A stretch of DNA of 64,000 bases from Pinctada imbricata (GCA_033119305.1 VSWD01000002.1:9338974-9402973), one strand, 5' to 3'. Positions 50,200-61,781 are shown, counted from the stretch's first letter. Numbers and translations are program-made. Notes: generated by a model not told the origin, from the letters alone.

Positions 50200-50533
50200 A
50201 AAAAAATGACGTCCTCGTCATTTCCATGTAATAAAAATAGGGAGTATAATGAAGAAATCATCAAAAGTCAATGCAAGTCAATAATCATGGTAGGTAATAT
50301 CATGATAAACCTTGACAAAACTTTTCATCATACTAAAAGTTGGTATCATGAAAAAGACAGTTTTTCAGGAAGCATACTTCTGAACTATATCTTCAGAATA
50401 ATGACCAATTCAAATAAAACAATTGCCTCATCATATGTTGCTTCAATCAGAGGGAATCTATGCGTGAAATATGAAATGGTTTCCATCTGAATGATTTTGC
50501 AAAAAGGGTTAAAATGATATATACAAATCAGGC

Positions 50534-53500
50534 TTACTCTTTTATGATACTGAGCATTGTATCAATGACCTTTTCCTCAAAGCCTTTACAACTGCCTGTT
50601 GTAATCAAACTTTGCAAGTATTGTACCTTTTCTTTCCAGTCCCCATTCTTACCTCTTTGTATGGTATTCACTATGAAATCTCCACTAGACATCCAAGCAG
50701 GTTGAGATCTATTTCTCGTACTGCGTCTCGGATACTCATTATCATCATCTTGACTGACATCTGCTTCCTCATTATCAGGAACGCCATCTGTGTTACCTGA
50801 AATATCAACATTGTCACCAGAATGTGACATCCCAACCCTGTCAGCAGAAGAATGCTGATCTCTGATCTCTGTGTCAGTAGATTCAACTTGTTGAGCGTCC
50901 TCAACATCTTCTATCTGACTATACTCATACTCAGTGGTACTATCTAGTTCATCATGTGGGATGAAAGATTCCACTGTTTGCGGTACCGGTACCTCTTCAT
51001 CATCTGTATCATTATCATTCTCTGTATCTATGATATCAGTCTGTTGTTTCTCTTTTTCTGATGGTGTGGTTGGTTGACTTTGCTTTCTGGGTGCTGGTAT
51101 TGGTCTTTTTGTGTCGGATGGTTCTAGATATCCTATAGGCAAAAGTAAATTCCTGTGCAGTGTTCTCTTCTTTCCTTCTCCATTCTCTTTCTTTACAACA
51201 AAAACTGGTATCATGGGATTAGGTTGTTTTACGATTATGTATGTATCGTTTTCCCATCTGTCTGCTATTTTGTGCTTTCCGTCAAACGCAACTACTTTCA
51301 CCAATACTCTATCTCCTTCCTTGATGTTAGATCCTCTTATCTTGTAGTCATAATTCTCCTTTTGCCTAGATCTTGCTTGCTGTGCACTTGCTGTTGCAAC
51401 TTCATATGCTTTCTTCATTCTGTCTCTTAACTCTTCAACATACTTAGTCAGGCTTTTCTGTTGTTGTTCGTTGATACCAAATGCAAGGTCGACGGGAAGA
51501 CGGGGTTCTCTGCCGAATAGTAGATAGTATGGGGAGTGACCTGTACTCTCATGTCTGGTGCAATTGTAAGCATGAACTAGTGGTGCAACATGCGGCTTCC
51601 AGTTGGATTTCTGTTGAGGTTCCAGGGTTCCCAGCATATCTAACAAGGTTCTGTTAAAACGTTCCGTCATCCCGTTTCCCATAGCATGGTAGGGAGTCGT
51701 TCGAGATTTCGTCATTCCCGTAATGTTACATAGCTCCTTAATGATGTTTCCTACAAAGTTAGCTCCTTGATCGCTATGCAATCTTGTTGGAATTCCATAG
51801 AATGTGATGAAGTTGTTGAATAAGGCTTCAGCTGTTGTTTTCGCTGTCATATTACGTGTTGGTACTGCTTGTGCAAATCTCGTGAAGTGGTCGGTTATAA
51901 CGAGAATGTGCTGAAATCCGCCTTTCGATCTTTCCAGCGTGAGAAAATCCATGCACACCAACTCTAACGGATATGTAGTTTCGATGTTGACGAGTGGTGC
52001 ACATTGATTCGTTGGTGTTTTCCTTTTTATGCATCGGTGACATTTCTTGATCCAATCTTCTATGTCTTTGAACATTCCGTTCCAATAAAATCTATCTCGT
52101 ACTAGTGATATAGTTCTTTCCCTTCCTGGATGTCCAAATTTATTGTGTAAGAAATCTAGTACTGTGTTGATGTAGAATTTAGGAAGTACAAGTTGTTTTC
52201 TGTCCTCGCCGTTGATTTTCGTGTTTCTGTATAGAATGTCATCTTCCAAGACAAGATTGTTGAAGTTTCTTAGTAAAGCATAAGAGTCTAGAGTATATTT
52301 CATTTCATTTGCTTTTGGTTTCCTTCCTTTCCTGACAACTTCCTTCCATTCTTTGATTACAGGATCTAAGTTCTGCCTCTGTTTCCAATCAATATCTTGA
52401 ATGTCTGATATTGGTGTACCAGCATCGCTGTTGTCTAATACTTGTGTACCAAGAGCAAAGCAGTCAACCAGTGTATCTGTGTGTACTGAGTGACAAATGG
52501 CTTTAACTGAATCCTCACTGATGATATGTTTTTCATCTTCTGTTTCTGACTTAATGCGAGATAATCCATCCGCATCTGCGTTCTTCTTCCCTGGTCTATA
52601 AATGATTTCAAAGTTAAAGTTTGAAAGATCAGCTAGCCATCTGTGTCCTGTAGCATCAAGTTTCGCTGATGATAATACGTATGTTAGGGGATTATTGTCT
52701 GTATAAACTTTGAATGAATGTCCGTAGAGGTAGTCCTTGAATTTCTCAGAAATTGCCCATTTTAATGCTAGAAACTCCATTTTATGTGCTGGATAATTCA
52801 TTTCTGATTTTGTGAGACCTCTACTTGCGTAACTGATGACTCTTTTCTGTCCTTCTTGTTCCTGATAGAGTACTGCCCCCAATCCTAGTGCACTTGCGTC
52901 TGTGTGTAGTTCAAATGGTAAGTGATAATTCGGAAATCCTAAGATTGGAGGTGAGGACAACTTGTCTTTTAGTGCATTAAAAGCTTCTTCCTGTTCTTTA
53001 CCCCATGTCCATTTCTTTCGAGCTACCTGTTTTCCTTTCGCTTTATCTTTTCCTATTGGCATTAAGCTAGTAAGTGGCTTAGCTATCATGCTGAAATTCT
53101 GTATAAAACGACGGTAATATCCTATAAATCCTAGAAATTTTCTAACATCTTCCGGTGTTTTCGGTGTAGGCCAATTCTTTACTCGTTCTGTTTTATCTGG
53201 ATCTGTCTCTATTCCTTCCTTGGAAACGATGTGACCTACGTATTTGACTCTTTGCATGAGAAAGTTGCATTTCTTCGGTGATAATTTTAGTCCTGTATCT
53301 CTAAGTTTGTCAAAAACAAGTTGAAGTCTGTGAAGATGTTCCTCGTATGTTTTAGAAAATATGATTAAATCGTCGAGAAATATGAAACAGATGTTCAAGT
53401 GTAACTCTCCTAAGCAATCCTCCATAAGACGCTGGTATGTTGCTGGGCTGTTGGACAAACCAAAGGGCATTCTATTATATTCGTAGAATCCCAATGGGCC

Positions 53501-54886
53501 CACAGTAAACGCTGTTCTTTCTTTATGTTCTTCTTTGATGTTAACTTGATGGTATCCAGACTTGGCATCCAAAACAGTAAAGTATGAGTTTCCACTTAGA
53601 TTCTCGAGTATCTCTTCTACGATAGGCAGAGCATATGCATCTTTCTTGGTCCTGCTATTTAATTGTCGGTAGTCAACACACATGCGCAGTTCGCCGTTCT
53701 TTTTCCTACAAAGTACTAAGTTGCTGGTAAACGGTGACTTTGATTTTCGAATGATCCCTGCTTCTAACAATTGTTGCAAATGGTCTCTGACTTCATTGTA
53801 CATTGAAGGTGGTATGCGTCGATGTCTTTGTTTGAATGGAGTAGGGTCAGTAAGCTCGATGTTGTGCTCAACAGATGTAACATGTCCTATATCTGTACCA
53901 CTCCATGAAAATAAGTCTTTGTTGTTGTCTAAGAATGTTCTTATTTCCTGGTACTGTCCCGGTGTAAGGTTGTCAGTAGCAATGTTGATAAGGTCTAATT
54001 TCTCATCGATCTGTTGTTCCTTTTGATCTGGAATGTTTTCTACATTGACAGTTTGTAGTTCACATAAGACTGCTCGTGGTGATATAGTAACTGTCCTTGT
54101 TGTAATGTTGCATATGTGAACAGGTACTTCGGTCTGATGTTCGTAGTTGTACGTGATGATAGTTGGTACAATATCTAAATCCTGATGAAGTGATGAGTTC
54201 GTAGTGGTTTGTAACATTGCACAAGAAGATTGATACGGTATCTTTCCATCAACGTATCCTTTGACTATAGTGCTACTGTTTGGTGATATAGTAATTCTAG
54301 ATGTTTCAGCAGATTTTACTATCCCGAGTTTGAAATTGTTCTTTGATAGCTCTTTTTCTCTAAGTGCTAGACATCTAAATGCCAAGTACCAAGGTGTGTG
54401 TAACTTTGCTTCCTGGAGATATCGTACACCATGTTGTGTTTTGAGATCGCTGAGTAAAACTGACAGGATGTTGGTACCTATAAGCAGTGGTACTTTATGG
54501 TGATATTCTGTGTCCTCTACTATAAGAAAGATGCATGGATATTTCTTAGAATTCTGAAGTCCTTGTGCTGATATTTCTGTTTCAATGTATCCTTGGTAAG
54601 GTAGGTGATTTCCATCAGCACATTGAAGTTTGAAGATGTTATCTAATTTAATCAACGGTTTGTCTGATAAATGCTTTTGGTAAAATGACAATGCCATCGT
54701 TGATACTGTCGATCCTGTATCCAATAATGCTCTTGTGTTTGTGTTTTCTACATCTATGTCTATTTCGCAGGATTCTCCAACTAAATTTGTATTGTTGCTG
54801 TTATTATGACGCTGTGATCTTATATGACCTAGTGTCCGCGTCGTGACCCAGGTCTCCTGTAGTTTAACGGTGGTCGTCGCAAATGG
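50534..54886 (-). CDS. pol: Pol polyprotein (protease, RT, RNase H, integrase) in the -1 frame relative to gag
   Basis: ALLDTGS (protease). YFTVLDAKSGYHQ...FLDDLIIF (RT, YxDD). TDASALGLGAVL (RNase H). HHCC finger H-x3-H..C-x2-C and the D,D,E triad ..VCMDFL..ITDHFTRF..TERFNRTL (integrase). The frame is open from the stop at 54887-54889 and overlaps gag by 57 nt. An acidic Asp/Glu-rich tail follows the integrase. Confidence 0.9.
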   Translation of the reverse strand, partial: PFATTTVKLQETWVTTRTLGHIRSQRHNNSNNTNLVGESCEIDIDVENTNTRALLDTGSTVSTMALSFYQKHLSDKPLIKLDNIFKLQCADGNHLPYQGYIETEISAQGLQNSKKYPCIFLIVEDTEYHHKVPLLIGTNILSVLLSDLKTQHGVRYLQEAKLHTPWYLAFRCLALREKELSKNNFKLGIVKSAETSRITISPNSSTIVKGYVDGKIPYQSSCAMLQTTTNSSLHQDLDIVPTIITYNYEHQTEVPVHICNITTRTVTISPRAVLCELQTVNVENIPDQKEQQIDEKLDLINIATDNLTPGQYQEIRTFLDNNKDLFSWSGTDIGHVTSVEHNIELTDPTPFKQRHRRIPPSMYNEVRDHLQQLLEAGIIRKSKSPFTSNLVLCRKKNGELRMCVDYRQLNSRTKKDAYALPIVEEILENLSGNSYFTVLDAKSGYHQVNIKEEHKERTAFTVGPLGFYEYNRMPFGLSNSPATYQRLMEDCLGELHLNICFIFLDDLIIFSKTYEEHLHRLQLVFDKLRDTGLKLSPKKCNFLMQRVKYVGHIVSKEGIETDPDKTERVKNWPTPKTPEDVRKFLGFIGYYRRFIQNFSMIAKPLTSLMPIGKDKAKGKQVARKKWTWGKEQEEAFNALKDKLSSPPILGFPNYHLPFELHTDASALGLGAVLYQEQEGQKRVISYASRGLTKSEMNYPAHKMEFLALKWAISEKFKDYLYGHSFKVYTDNNPLTYVLSSAKLDATGHRWLADLSNFNFEIIYRPGKKNADADGLSRIKSETEDEKHIISEDSVKAICHSVHTDTLVDCFALGTQVLDNSDAGTPISDIQDIDWKQRQNLDPVIKEWKEVVRKGRKPKANEMKYTLDSYALLRNFNNLVLEDDILYRNTKINGEDRKQLVLPKFYINTVLDFLHNKFGHPGRERTISLVRDRFYWNGMFKDIEDWIKKCHRCIKRKTPTNQCAPLVNIETTYPLELVCMDFLTLERSKGGFQHILVITDHFTRFAQAVPTRNMTAKTTAEALFNNFITFYGIPTRLHSDQGANFVGNIIKELCNITGMTKSRTTPYHAMGNGMTERFNRTLLDMLGTLEPQQKSNWKPHVAPLVHAYNCTRHESTGHSPYYLLFGREPRLPVDLAFGINEQQQKSLTKYVEELRDRMKKAYEVATASAQQARSRQKENYDYKIRGSNIKEGDRVLVKVVAFDGKHKIADRWENDTYIIVKQPNPMIPVFVVKKENGEGKKRTLHRNLLLPIGYLEPSDTKRPIPAPRKQSQPTTPSEKEKQQTDIIDTENDNDTDDEEVPVPQTVESFIPHDELDSTTEYEYSQIEDVEDAQQVESTDTEIRDQHSSADRVGMSHSGDNVDISGNTDGVPDNEEADVSQDDDNEYPRRSTRNRSQPAWMSSGDFIVNTIQRGKNGDWKEKVQYLQSLITTGSCKGFEEKVIDTMLSIIKE

Positions 54887-55992
54887 TCAAGTCTAACTCT
54901 ACAGCCCAATGCCAAGTGGCCCTCTTGTCCACATCTGTAACATATTGGATCTTTCCCATCATAATTATTCTGTCCCTGTTGTTCATAGTGTTGTCGATTA
55001 TACGTGTAAAATGGTTGTTGGTATCTAGGTTGTCCTCGTCCACTGTTATAGTGACTTCTGTTTGTTTGACCTCTGTATATTCCTCTACCTCTATCATTGC
55101 TAAAATGTGGCTGATGTTGCATTGTGTTGATCTGTTCGACTTGTTGTGTTGGTGCCCTTTGATCCGCCATGTCCTTTTTCATTTCTGTCATATCAGATGT
55201 AAGTTTCTGAACCATAGCTTTTAATTCATCGAGATCGGAATGCTGTGTTGTTATAGCTTTTACGTGTTCCTTTGATGAAGTTGATTTCCTTTTATTTATT
55301 TCTTCTTCTTTTCTTCTAATAGATCTTCTTAGATTATCAAAATCTTGTGATTTATCGAAGATGTGTCCCACTGTATCTTGGAGTGATGGTTTAAGTCCTT
55401 CATAAAACATGTTTCGAAGCATTTCGTTGGATTCTGATGGTTTAACTTGTCCATGAAGAATGGCTTTATTCATTAGATCTTCAAGCCTGCATCCCCAACT
55501 GGCTACATCTTCATCTTCCTTTTGTCGTGCACTAAAGAATTCTGAAAGTACACTGGCCTTAGTGTCTATGCTGCCAAATATGCTTTCTAATTTGTAAAGT
55601 ATTTCGATTACGGAAGCTTCTGAGCCAAGGCGCATGATAACTCTAGCTGCCTCTCCTTTAGCTGACCTCCTAATGGCATGTGTGATGATGGAATCCGAAT
55701 ATTTGTCTTTCATGAGACACTCTACTTCATATTTCCATAGGTCAAACGTAGCATCACCCTTTTTATCTCCAGAAAAGGTTGGAAGTCTGGGAGGTTGGTA
55801 TGTAGTGGTGATTTGTTGCTGTTGTTGAGATCTACCAGGTTCTGATTTAGTTCCTTCTCTAGACCTTGCTCCTTTTGAGAAATCTAGCAGCCATTTTTGG
55901 AAATCTTCCTTCGATTTAGCGGATGGTTTTATTCCCATTTCCTTAAAGGCGTCTGACATAGCTTTCAATTCGTCTTCACTGAGTTCTGACAT
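54829..55992 (-). CDS. gag: Gag (capsid/nucleocapsid) with a CCHC zinc knuckle
   Basis: The ORF MSELSEDELKAMSDAFKEMG... contains CYRCGQEGHLALGC and ends TAG at 54829-54831. The ORF track starts at 56094, but the ATG at 55992 is the more plausible start. Confidence 0.85.
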   Translation of the reverse strand: MSELSEDELKAMSDAFKEMGIKPSAKSKEDFQKWLLDFSKGARSREGTKSEPGRSQQQQQITTTYQPPRLPTFSGDKKGDATFDLWKYEVECLMKDKYSDSIITHAIRRSAKGEAARVIMRLGSEASVIEILYKLESIFGSIDTKASVLSEFFSARQKEDEDVASWGCRLEDLMNKAILHGQVKPSESNEMLRNMFYEGLKPSLQDTVGHIFDKSQDFDNLRRSIRRKEEEINKRKSTSSKEHVKAITTQHSDLDELKAMVQKLTSDMTEMKKDMADQRAPTQQVEQINTMQHQPHFSNDRGRGIYRGQTNRSHYNSGRGQPRYQQPFYTYNRQHYEQQGQNNYDGKDPICYRCGQEGHLALGCRVRLDHLRRPPLNYRRPGSRRGH

Positions 55993-57620
55993 GATGAATG
56001 TCTGATGTAAGCTATGTAAGCTACAGTTCGTAACTAAGTGTACTATGTAAGTACAAACGAAAAATGACAAAGTAAAATATAAGTACATACACAATTCTGA
56101 TCAAAATATGTCAAATGACACTCAAAAATATTTGACAAAGTATGTGTGTATTCTATGCTAAAGAATACAAAAATGTTCAAAAGTATTTACACAATCATGA
56201 TCAAAAATACATATAGCGCACAAACAGATATGCTAAATCTGTGTAAAAATTCTAAGGTAGGTATTCTATCGATGTAACAGGGAAAAAAAATCAAAGTAGT
56301 TATCGATCAGATGATCCGACTGATAACTTTAATTTCTAATTAAGTGACATAATCAGAACATCCGAAAATGTCAGATAAATGTTTAATATATTTCAACTAA
56401 GAAATATCTAAGTTAATGAAAAAAAAATTACAAAGTCAAAAGTGACTTAAAATAATTTGCAAAGTTTGCAAAATGACAATCTACCAAAAATCAAAGGGAG
56501 GTAATCCACTTTTCGGGTAGCCCCGTGTTACGGAAGACAAATCTAACCGGAAGTGAGACCAGGGTGCATAACTCTTGAATGACTTGAGTCAATGAGAATC
56601 AATGAATCAAAAAGTGATAAGTCAAAGTACGAAGTTTCACTGACTTGATGTAACTTAAAGCTAATTCTAAACTAACTAAGTTCTAAAATTCTACATCTAA
56701 GATACATACCATTACTGCTGAGTGGCTGTCCATATTATCAAATAGGCAAAAATATCGCGTAACGGGTTTGTGCACAACGGTCAATTTATGGAACGAATTG
56801 ACAGAAGAATGAATAAGGGTCAATATCTGGGACGTTTCGACCAGCAAACGTATGAAAGTACAAATGAGTGACTTTCTATAAATAGTATGCGTATGCGCTA
56901 TATAAGTGCAAAGTTAATGCATTAAAATATGAACATGCAAAACAGTCAGGCGTCAAGTTCGATTGTCGAACACAACAACACTTTGCAGTAAAATTTGTCC
57001 ATTTCAATTCGACAGACAGACGATTATACTATATACACTGACAGACAGACAGACAATCTTCACTGTGTGAATATGTACGTGCGTGTATGCAGATTACTTC
57101 AGAAAGGCATCATAGTAGATAGTTATAGCTTGTTAGAGCATTAATATGCATCTCGAACACTCTTCTTGTATACCTCAATACATTTATCTTAAAGTTACAT
57201 AAAATAATGACAAAAATAAGTTCTGTATATGATATGGGAACTTTTCAGTGTTGTCAAAATCAGCTGTTTTATTAAACCAGCTTTTCACCTGTTGTTTGGT
57301 CAAGCGAAACCGTCTATAGCTCAGGTAATAGACTATACATGCATGAAATGAAATCTAATCAAAAAGTGATTTCTTACCGTGTCGCAGACTGTAACACTAA
57401 TACAAATCTTTCAATGAATTATACTGATACTAGAAGTATAAAGAAATGTCAATTGTGGTATACTGCACATCGAAGTGTCCGAATATGTATTCACTATCAA
57501 AGTTAGAATCACTGAATAGCGTCTATATCTATAACACTGTCCGATATAACGTACGTCACTTGAGTGTTCGTATCACACGGAAAGTATCCTGGATATGCGC
57601 CGGTCATCAATCAGTGGTGG

Positions 57621-57642
57621 ATCCAAATCACGTTGGGTGCCA
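57621..57642 (-). other. Primer-binding site, 1 nt downstream of the 5' LTR
   Basis: In element sense it reads TGGCACCCAACGTGATTTGGAT. The ACGTGATTTG stretch resembles the RSV-type tRNA-Trp PBS (TGGTGACCCCGACGTGAT). The tRNA assignment is tentative. Confidence 0.6.
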
Positions 57643-57643
57643 T

Positions 57644-58911
57644 TGTTACCGGGGTGGATTTGGTGTGATGTAATGAATAACCAAAGTCCGGTGGATAAAG
57701 TTTGGATCCTTTATTACTGACTGTATAATTAATAATAAACAGTCCTGAAACATATTAATAATCAACATAAGTATATAGAATATAATATCATTTGTATTTC
57801 ATATATATTATTTCATATCAACACAAAAATCACAGTCTGCATAATTATGTTATCGACACGGTATATTGTATTTAAACATGACCAATTTACAAATCTGTTA
57901 ATGAATCAATTAAATCGAGCATCTCATTTCTAAGGGAAATAACTCTGATTCAAAAAATAGAAATACGGTAAGTATATATAGAGATTGTATTTTATCTTTG
58001 CGTAAATATCAAGGTCAAAGTATATGAATTAAAATGAACAATAATATTGCGTACCAGTTTATGGAACTAGACTGGGTTGCGATAAACTCGTCTTAGCTAT
58101 CCTCAAATCTCTTTAGCCAACTACATGATGGTCGAAATACTACAAACAATATAAAGTTCGATACAATATTCGTATGGGCAAATTAAAATAAGGTAAGTAT
58201 GACAACAGCTTTCTAAACGATAGCAAACTGATCTATTCAAAAATATAACTCATAAAGTCTGAGAGACCATACAAAATATATCTTGGACTCAGAAAAAGGT
58301 AAGTATTCAAAAAGTTCATAATATACGGATTTGTAACAGAATTACTCTTTCATAAATTACTTAACTAAATAAAGCTAACTTTCGTTCATCTCGTATTCTC
58401 AAAGTTAAAATAACGTTAATCTCAGAAATAAAGAGGAAAGTGGAAAATCAAGAAAATAAAGGAAAGTAACTTACAGTGTTCTGCACCAGGTAAGTATACA
58501 AGTGAATGTAGGTACTGTATTTAATTAATTGTGTGAACAACTCAAACTCCGAGAAGACAATCATAAATTCAATACAATGTCCGTCTGACTAGCTCGGGGC
58601 TCAGGACAAATCTGGCCGAGCGGGAGTCTTAAACAAAGGCTTGGGCGCTAGAATGTTCGTAACCAATGAAAAGGTGTCATTTAGTCATATGTCTTAAAGA
58701 AAGTCGGTAATTGGTTAGTATGTAATTAGTTAAGTGACGCAGTGTGCGCAATGCGGCATTTAAATCTTTATATTAATTAAACGGAAATGAATCGCGCGCA
58801 TGACCGGGACTCGCGTACTATTTAACAGGAAGTACGTATGTAAATATGGGATAAAAACGGACATAAATATAAATAAATAAATAAATACGGGTCCAAACTC
58901 ACTCTACCACA
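57644..58911 (-). repeat. 5' LTR of the gypsy element (1,268 bp)
   Basis: Same sequence as 48917-50184. Confidence 0.9.
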
Positions 58912-58914
58912 TAG

Positions 58915-59002
58915 GTTAGATCCAGTGCCAAAAAGTTTTTTGAGCATTCTGATTCTAAAAAAGGACGAGGAGCGTTTAAAATGATGCAGGATATCGCACC
59001 AG
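58915..59002 (+). CDS. PARP4: Candidate next PARP4 exon, immediately abutting the retrotransposon
   Basis: The acceptor tag at 58912-58914 belongs to the TAGG target-site duplication. Open frame VRSSAKKFFEHSDSKKGRGAFKMMQDIAP with donor CAG|GTAAAT at 59003. It is in phase with the 48542 exon end. Confidence 0.35.
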
Positions 59003-59487
59003 GTAAATCCCATTTATGTAAATATTCCTAATACATGTACATGTATATGGAAAATAAGTGTCAATTTGTTTTTAGTTACGGGTAAGCAACACAACAAGTG
59101 CATTTATTGTACATTGTACATTTAATCGTGTTGGCACTTGTGATAAATGCACTTGCTGTGTGTTGCATACCCTTAACAAAACACAAATCATGACATTTAT
59201 TCTCTATATATGCACCATAGTTATCTGTTTCATTCTTGTTTCCATAAATCACGTTTTCTATGTTAAAAGGTGACGTTAAAATTCAGGTCATCACGGGCTC
59301 ACTTTTTAGGGTAGAACAGCTGTTGGGGCATGTTTCTTTAGATTTTACACATTGTTAAGACATGTGTGTTTTCATGCAAAATACAACACAATCCTTTAAT
59401 AGTTTTATCTAAGGGAATTACATTGGTTGTGCATATACATGTATATACATGTATGTTCAAGTTTAATTTAATCTGCATTGCTTACTC

Positions 59488-61781
59488 TGTTTGTCATCTG
59501 TCTGTCTGTCTGTCCGTCATCTGTCTGTCTGTCTGGTAGTCATATGTCCAACTGTCTGTTTGTCAACTGTCCGTCTGTTTGGTAGTCATCTGTCCGTCCG
59601 TCTGTCTGTCATCTGTCCGTCTGTCTGTTTGTCATCTGTCCGTCTGTCTGTCTGTAAACTGTCCGTCTGTCTGTTTGTCATCTGTCCGTCTGTCTGGTAG
59701 TAATCTGTCCGTCTGTCTGTTTGTCATCTGTCCGTCTGTCTGGTAGTAATCTGTCCGTCTGTCTGTTTGTCATCTGTCCGTCTGTCTGTTTGTCATCTGT
59801 CCGTCTGTCTGTTTGTCATCTGTCCGTCTGTCTGTTTGTCAACTGTCCATCTATCTGGTAGTCATCTGTCCCTCTGTCTGGTAGTCATCTGTCTGTCTGT
59901 CTGTTTGTCATCTGTCCATCTGTCATCATTTGTTCGTCTGTCTGTTTGTCATCTGTCCGTCTGTCTGTTTGTCAACTGTCCGTCTATCTGGTAGTCAACT
60001 GTCTGTCTGTCTGGTAGTCATCTGTCCATCTGTCTGTTTGTCAACTGTCTGTCTGTCTGTTTGTCATCTGTCTTGTTGTCAACTGACCGTCTGTCTGGTA
60101 GTCATCTGTCCTTCTGTCTGGTAGTCATCTGTCCGTCTGTCTGTTTGTCAACTGTCCGTCTGTCTGTTTGTCATCTGTCTGTCTGTTTGTCATCTGTCCG
60201 TCTGTCGTCATCTGTCCGTCTGTCTGTTTGTCATCTGTCCATCTGTCTGTCAACTGTCCGTCTATCTGGCAGTCTATTGTCCGTCTGCCTGGTAGTCATC
60301 TGTCCGTCTGTCTGTCAACTGTCCGTCTATCTGGTAGTTATCTGTCCCTCTGTCTGGTAGTCATCTGTCTGTCTGTCTGTTTGTCATCTGTCCGTCTGTC
60401 GTCATCTGTCCCTCTGTCTGTTTGTCATTTGTCCATCTGTCTGTTTGTCAACTGTCCGTCTATCTGGTAGTCAACTGTCTGTCTGTGTGGTAGTCATCTG
60501 TCCGTCTGTCTGTTTGGCAACTGTCCGTCTGTCTGGTAGTCATTTGTCCGTCTGTCTGGTTGTCATCTGTCCGTCTGTCTGTTTGTCATCTGTATGTCTG
60601 TCTGTTTGTCATCTGTCCGTCTGTTTGTCATCTGCCCGTCTGTCTGTTTGTCATCTGTCCGTCTGTCTTGCTGTCAACTGTCCGTCTGTCTGGTAGTCAT
60701 CTGTCCTTCTATCTGGTAGTCATCTGTCCGTCTGTCTGTTTGTCAACTGTCCCTGTGTCTGTTTGTCATCTGTCTGTCTGTTTGTCATCTGTCCGTCTGT
60801 TGTCATCTGTCCGTCTGACTGTTTGTCATCTGTCCGTCTGTCTGTTTGTCAACTGTCCGCCTATCTGGTAGTCAATTGTCCGTCTGCCTGGTAGTCATCT
60901 GTCCGTCTGTCTGTTTGTCAACTGTCTGTCTGTCTGGTAGTCATCTGTCCGTCTGTCTGTTTGTCATCTGTCCGTCTGTCGTCATCTGTCTGTCTGTTTG
61001 TCATCTATCCGTTTGTCTGTTTGTCATCTGTCTGTCTGTCTGGTAGTCATCTGTCCATTTGTCTGGTGTCAACTGTCCGTCTATCTGGTAGTCATCTGTC
61101 CATCTGTCTGTTTTTCATCTGTCTGTCTGTCGTCATCTGTCCGTCTGTCTGTTTGTCATCTGTCTGTCTGTATGTTTTTCATCTGTCCGTCTGTCTGTTT
61201 GTCATCTGTCGGTCTGTTGTCATCTGTCCATCTGTCTGTTTGTCATCTGTCCATCTGTCGTCATCTGTCTGTCTGTCTGTTTGTCATCTGTCCGTCTCTC
61301 TGGTAGTCATCTGTCTTTTTATCATCTGTCCATCTATCATCATCTGTTCGTCTGTCTGTTTGTCATCTGTCCTTCTGTCTGGTAGTCATCTGTCCATCTG
61401 TCTGTTTGTCAACTGTCCGTCTGTCTGTTTGTCATCTGTCTGTCTGTTTGTCATCTGTCCGTCTGTAGTCATCTGTCCGTCTGTCTGTTTGTCATCTGTC
61501 CGTCTGTCGTCATCTGTTCGTCTGTCTGTTTGTCATCTGTCCGTCTGTCGTCATCTGTCCGTCTGTCTGTTTGGTATCTGTCTGTCTGTCTGTTTGACAT
61601 CTGTCCGTCTGTCTGTTTGTCATCTGTCCGTCTGTCTGTTTGTCATATGTCCGTCTCTCTGGTAGTCATCTGTCTTTTTGTCATCTGTCCGTCTATCGTC
61701 ATCTGTCTGTTTGTCATCTGTCCATCTGTCTGTTTGTCATCTGTCCGTCTGACTGTTTGTCATCCGTCTGTCTGTTTGTCA

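Larger units (their letters stand above)
48917..58911 (-). mobile_element. Intact Ty3/gypsy (Metaviridae) LTR retrotransposon, 9,995 bp, with a TAGG target-site duplication
   Basis: Two identical-looking 1,268-bp LTRs begin TG and end CA in element sense. The duplicated flank TAGG lies at 48913-48916 and 58912-58915. The PBS follows the 5' LTR and the PPT precedes the 3' LTR. gag has a CCHC knuckle and pol runs PR-RT-RH-IN, all on the minus strand. Confidence 0.95.

Noticed and set aside
50534-54724. The ORF-track methionine at 54724 taken as the pol start.
   Set aside because: The genomic codon at that position is TTG, so the ORF finder evidently allows alternative starts. The pol frame is open upstream to 54886, and pol is better explained as a gag-pol frameshift product.
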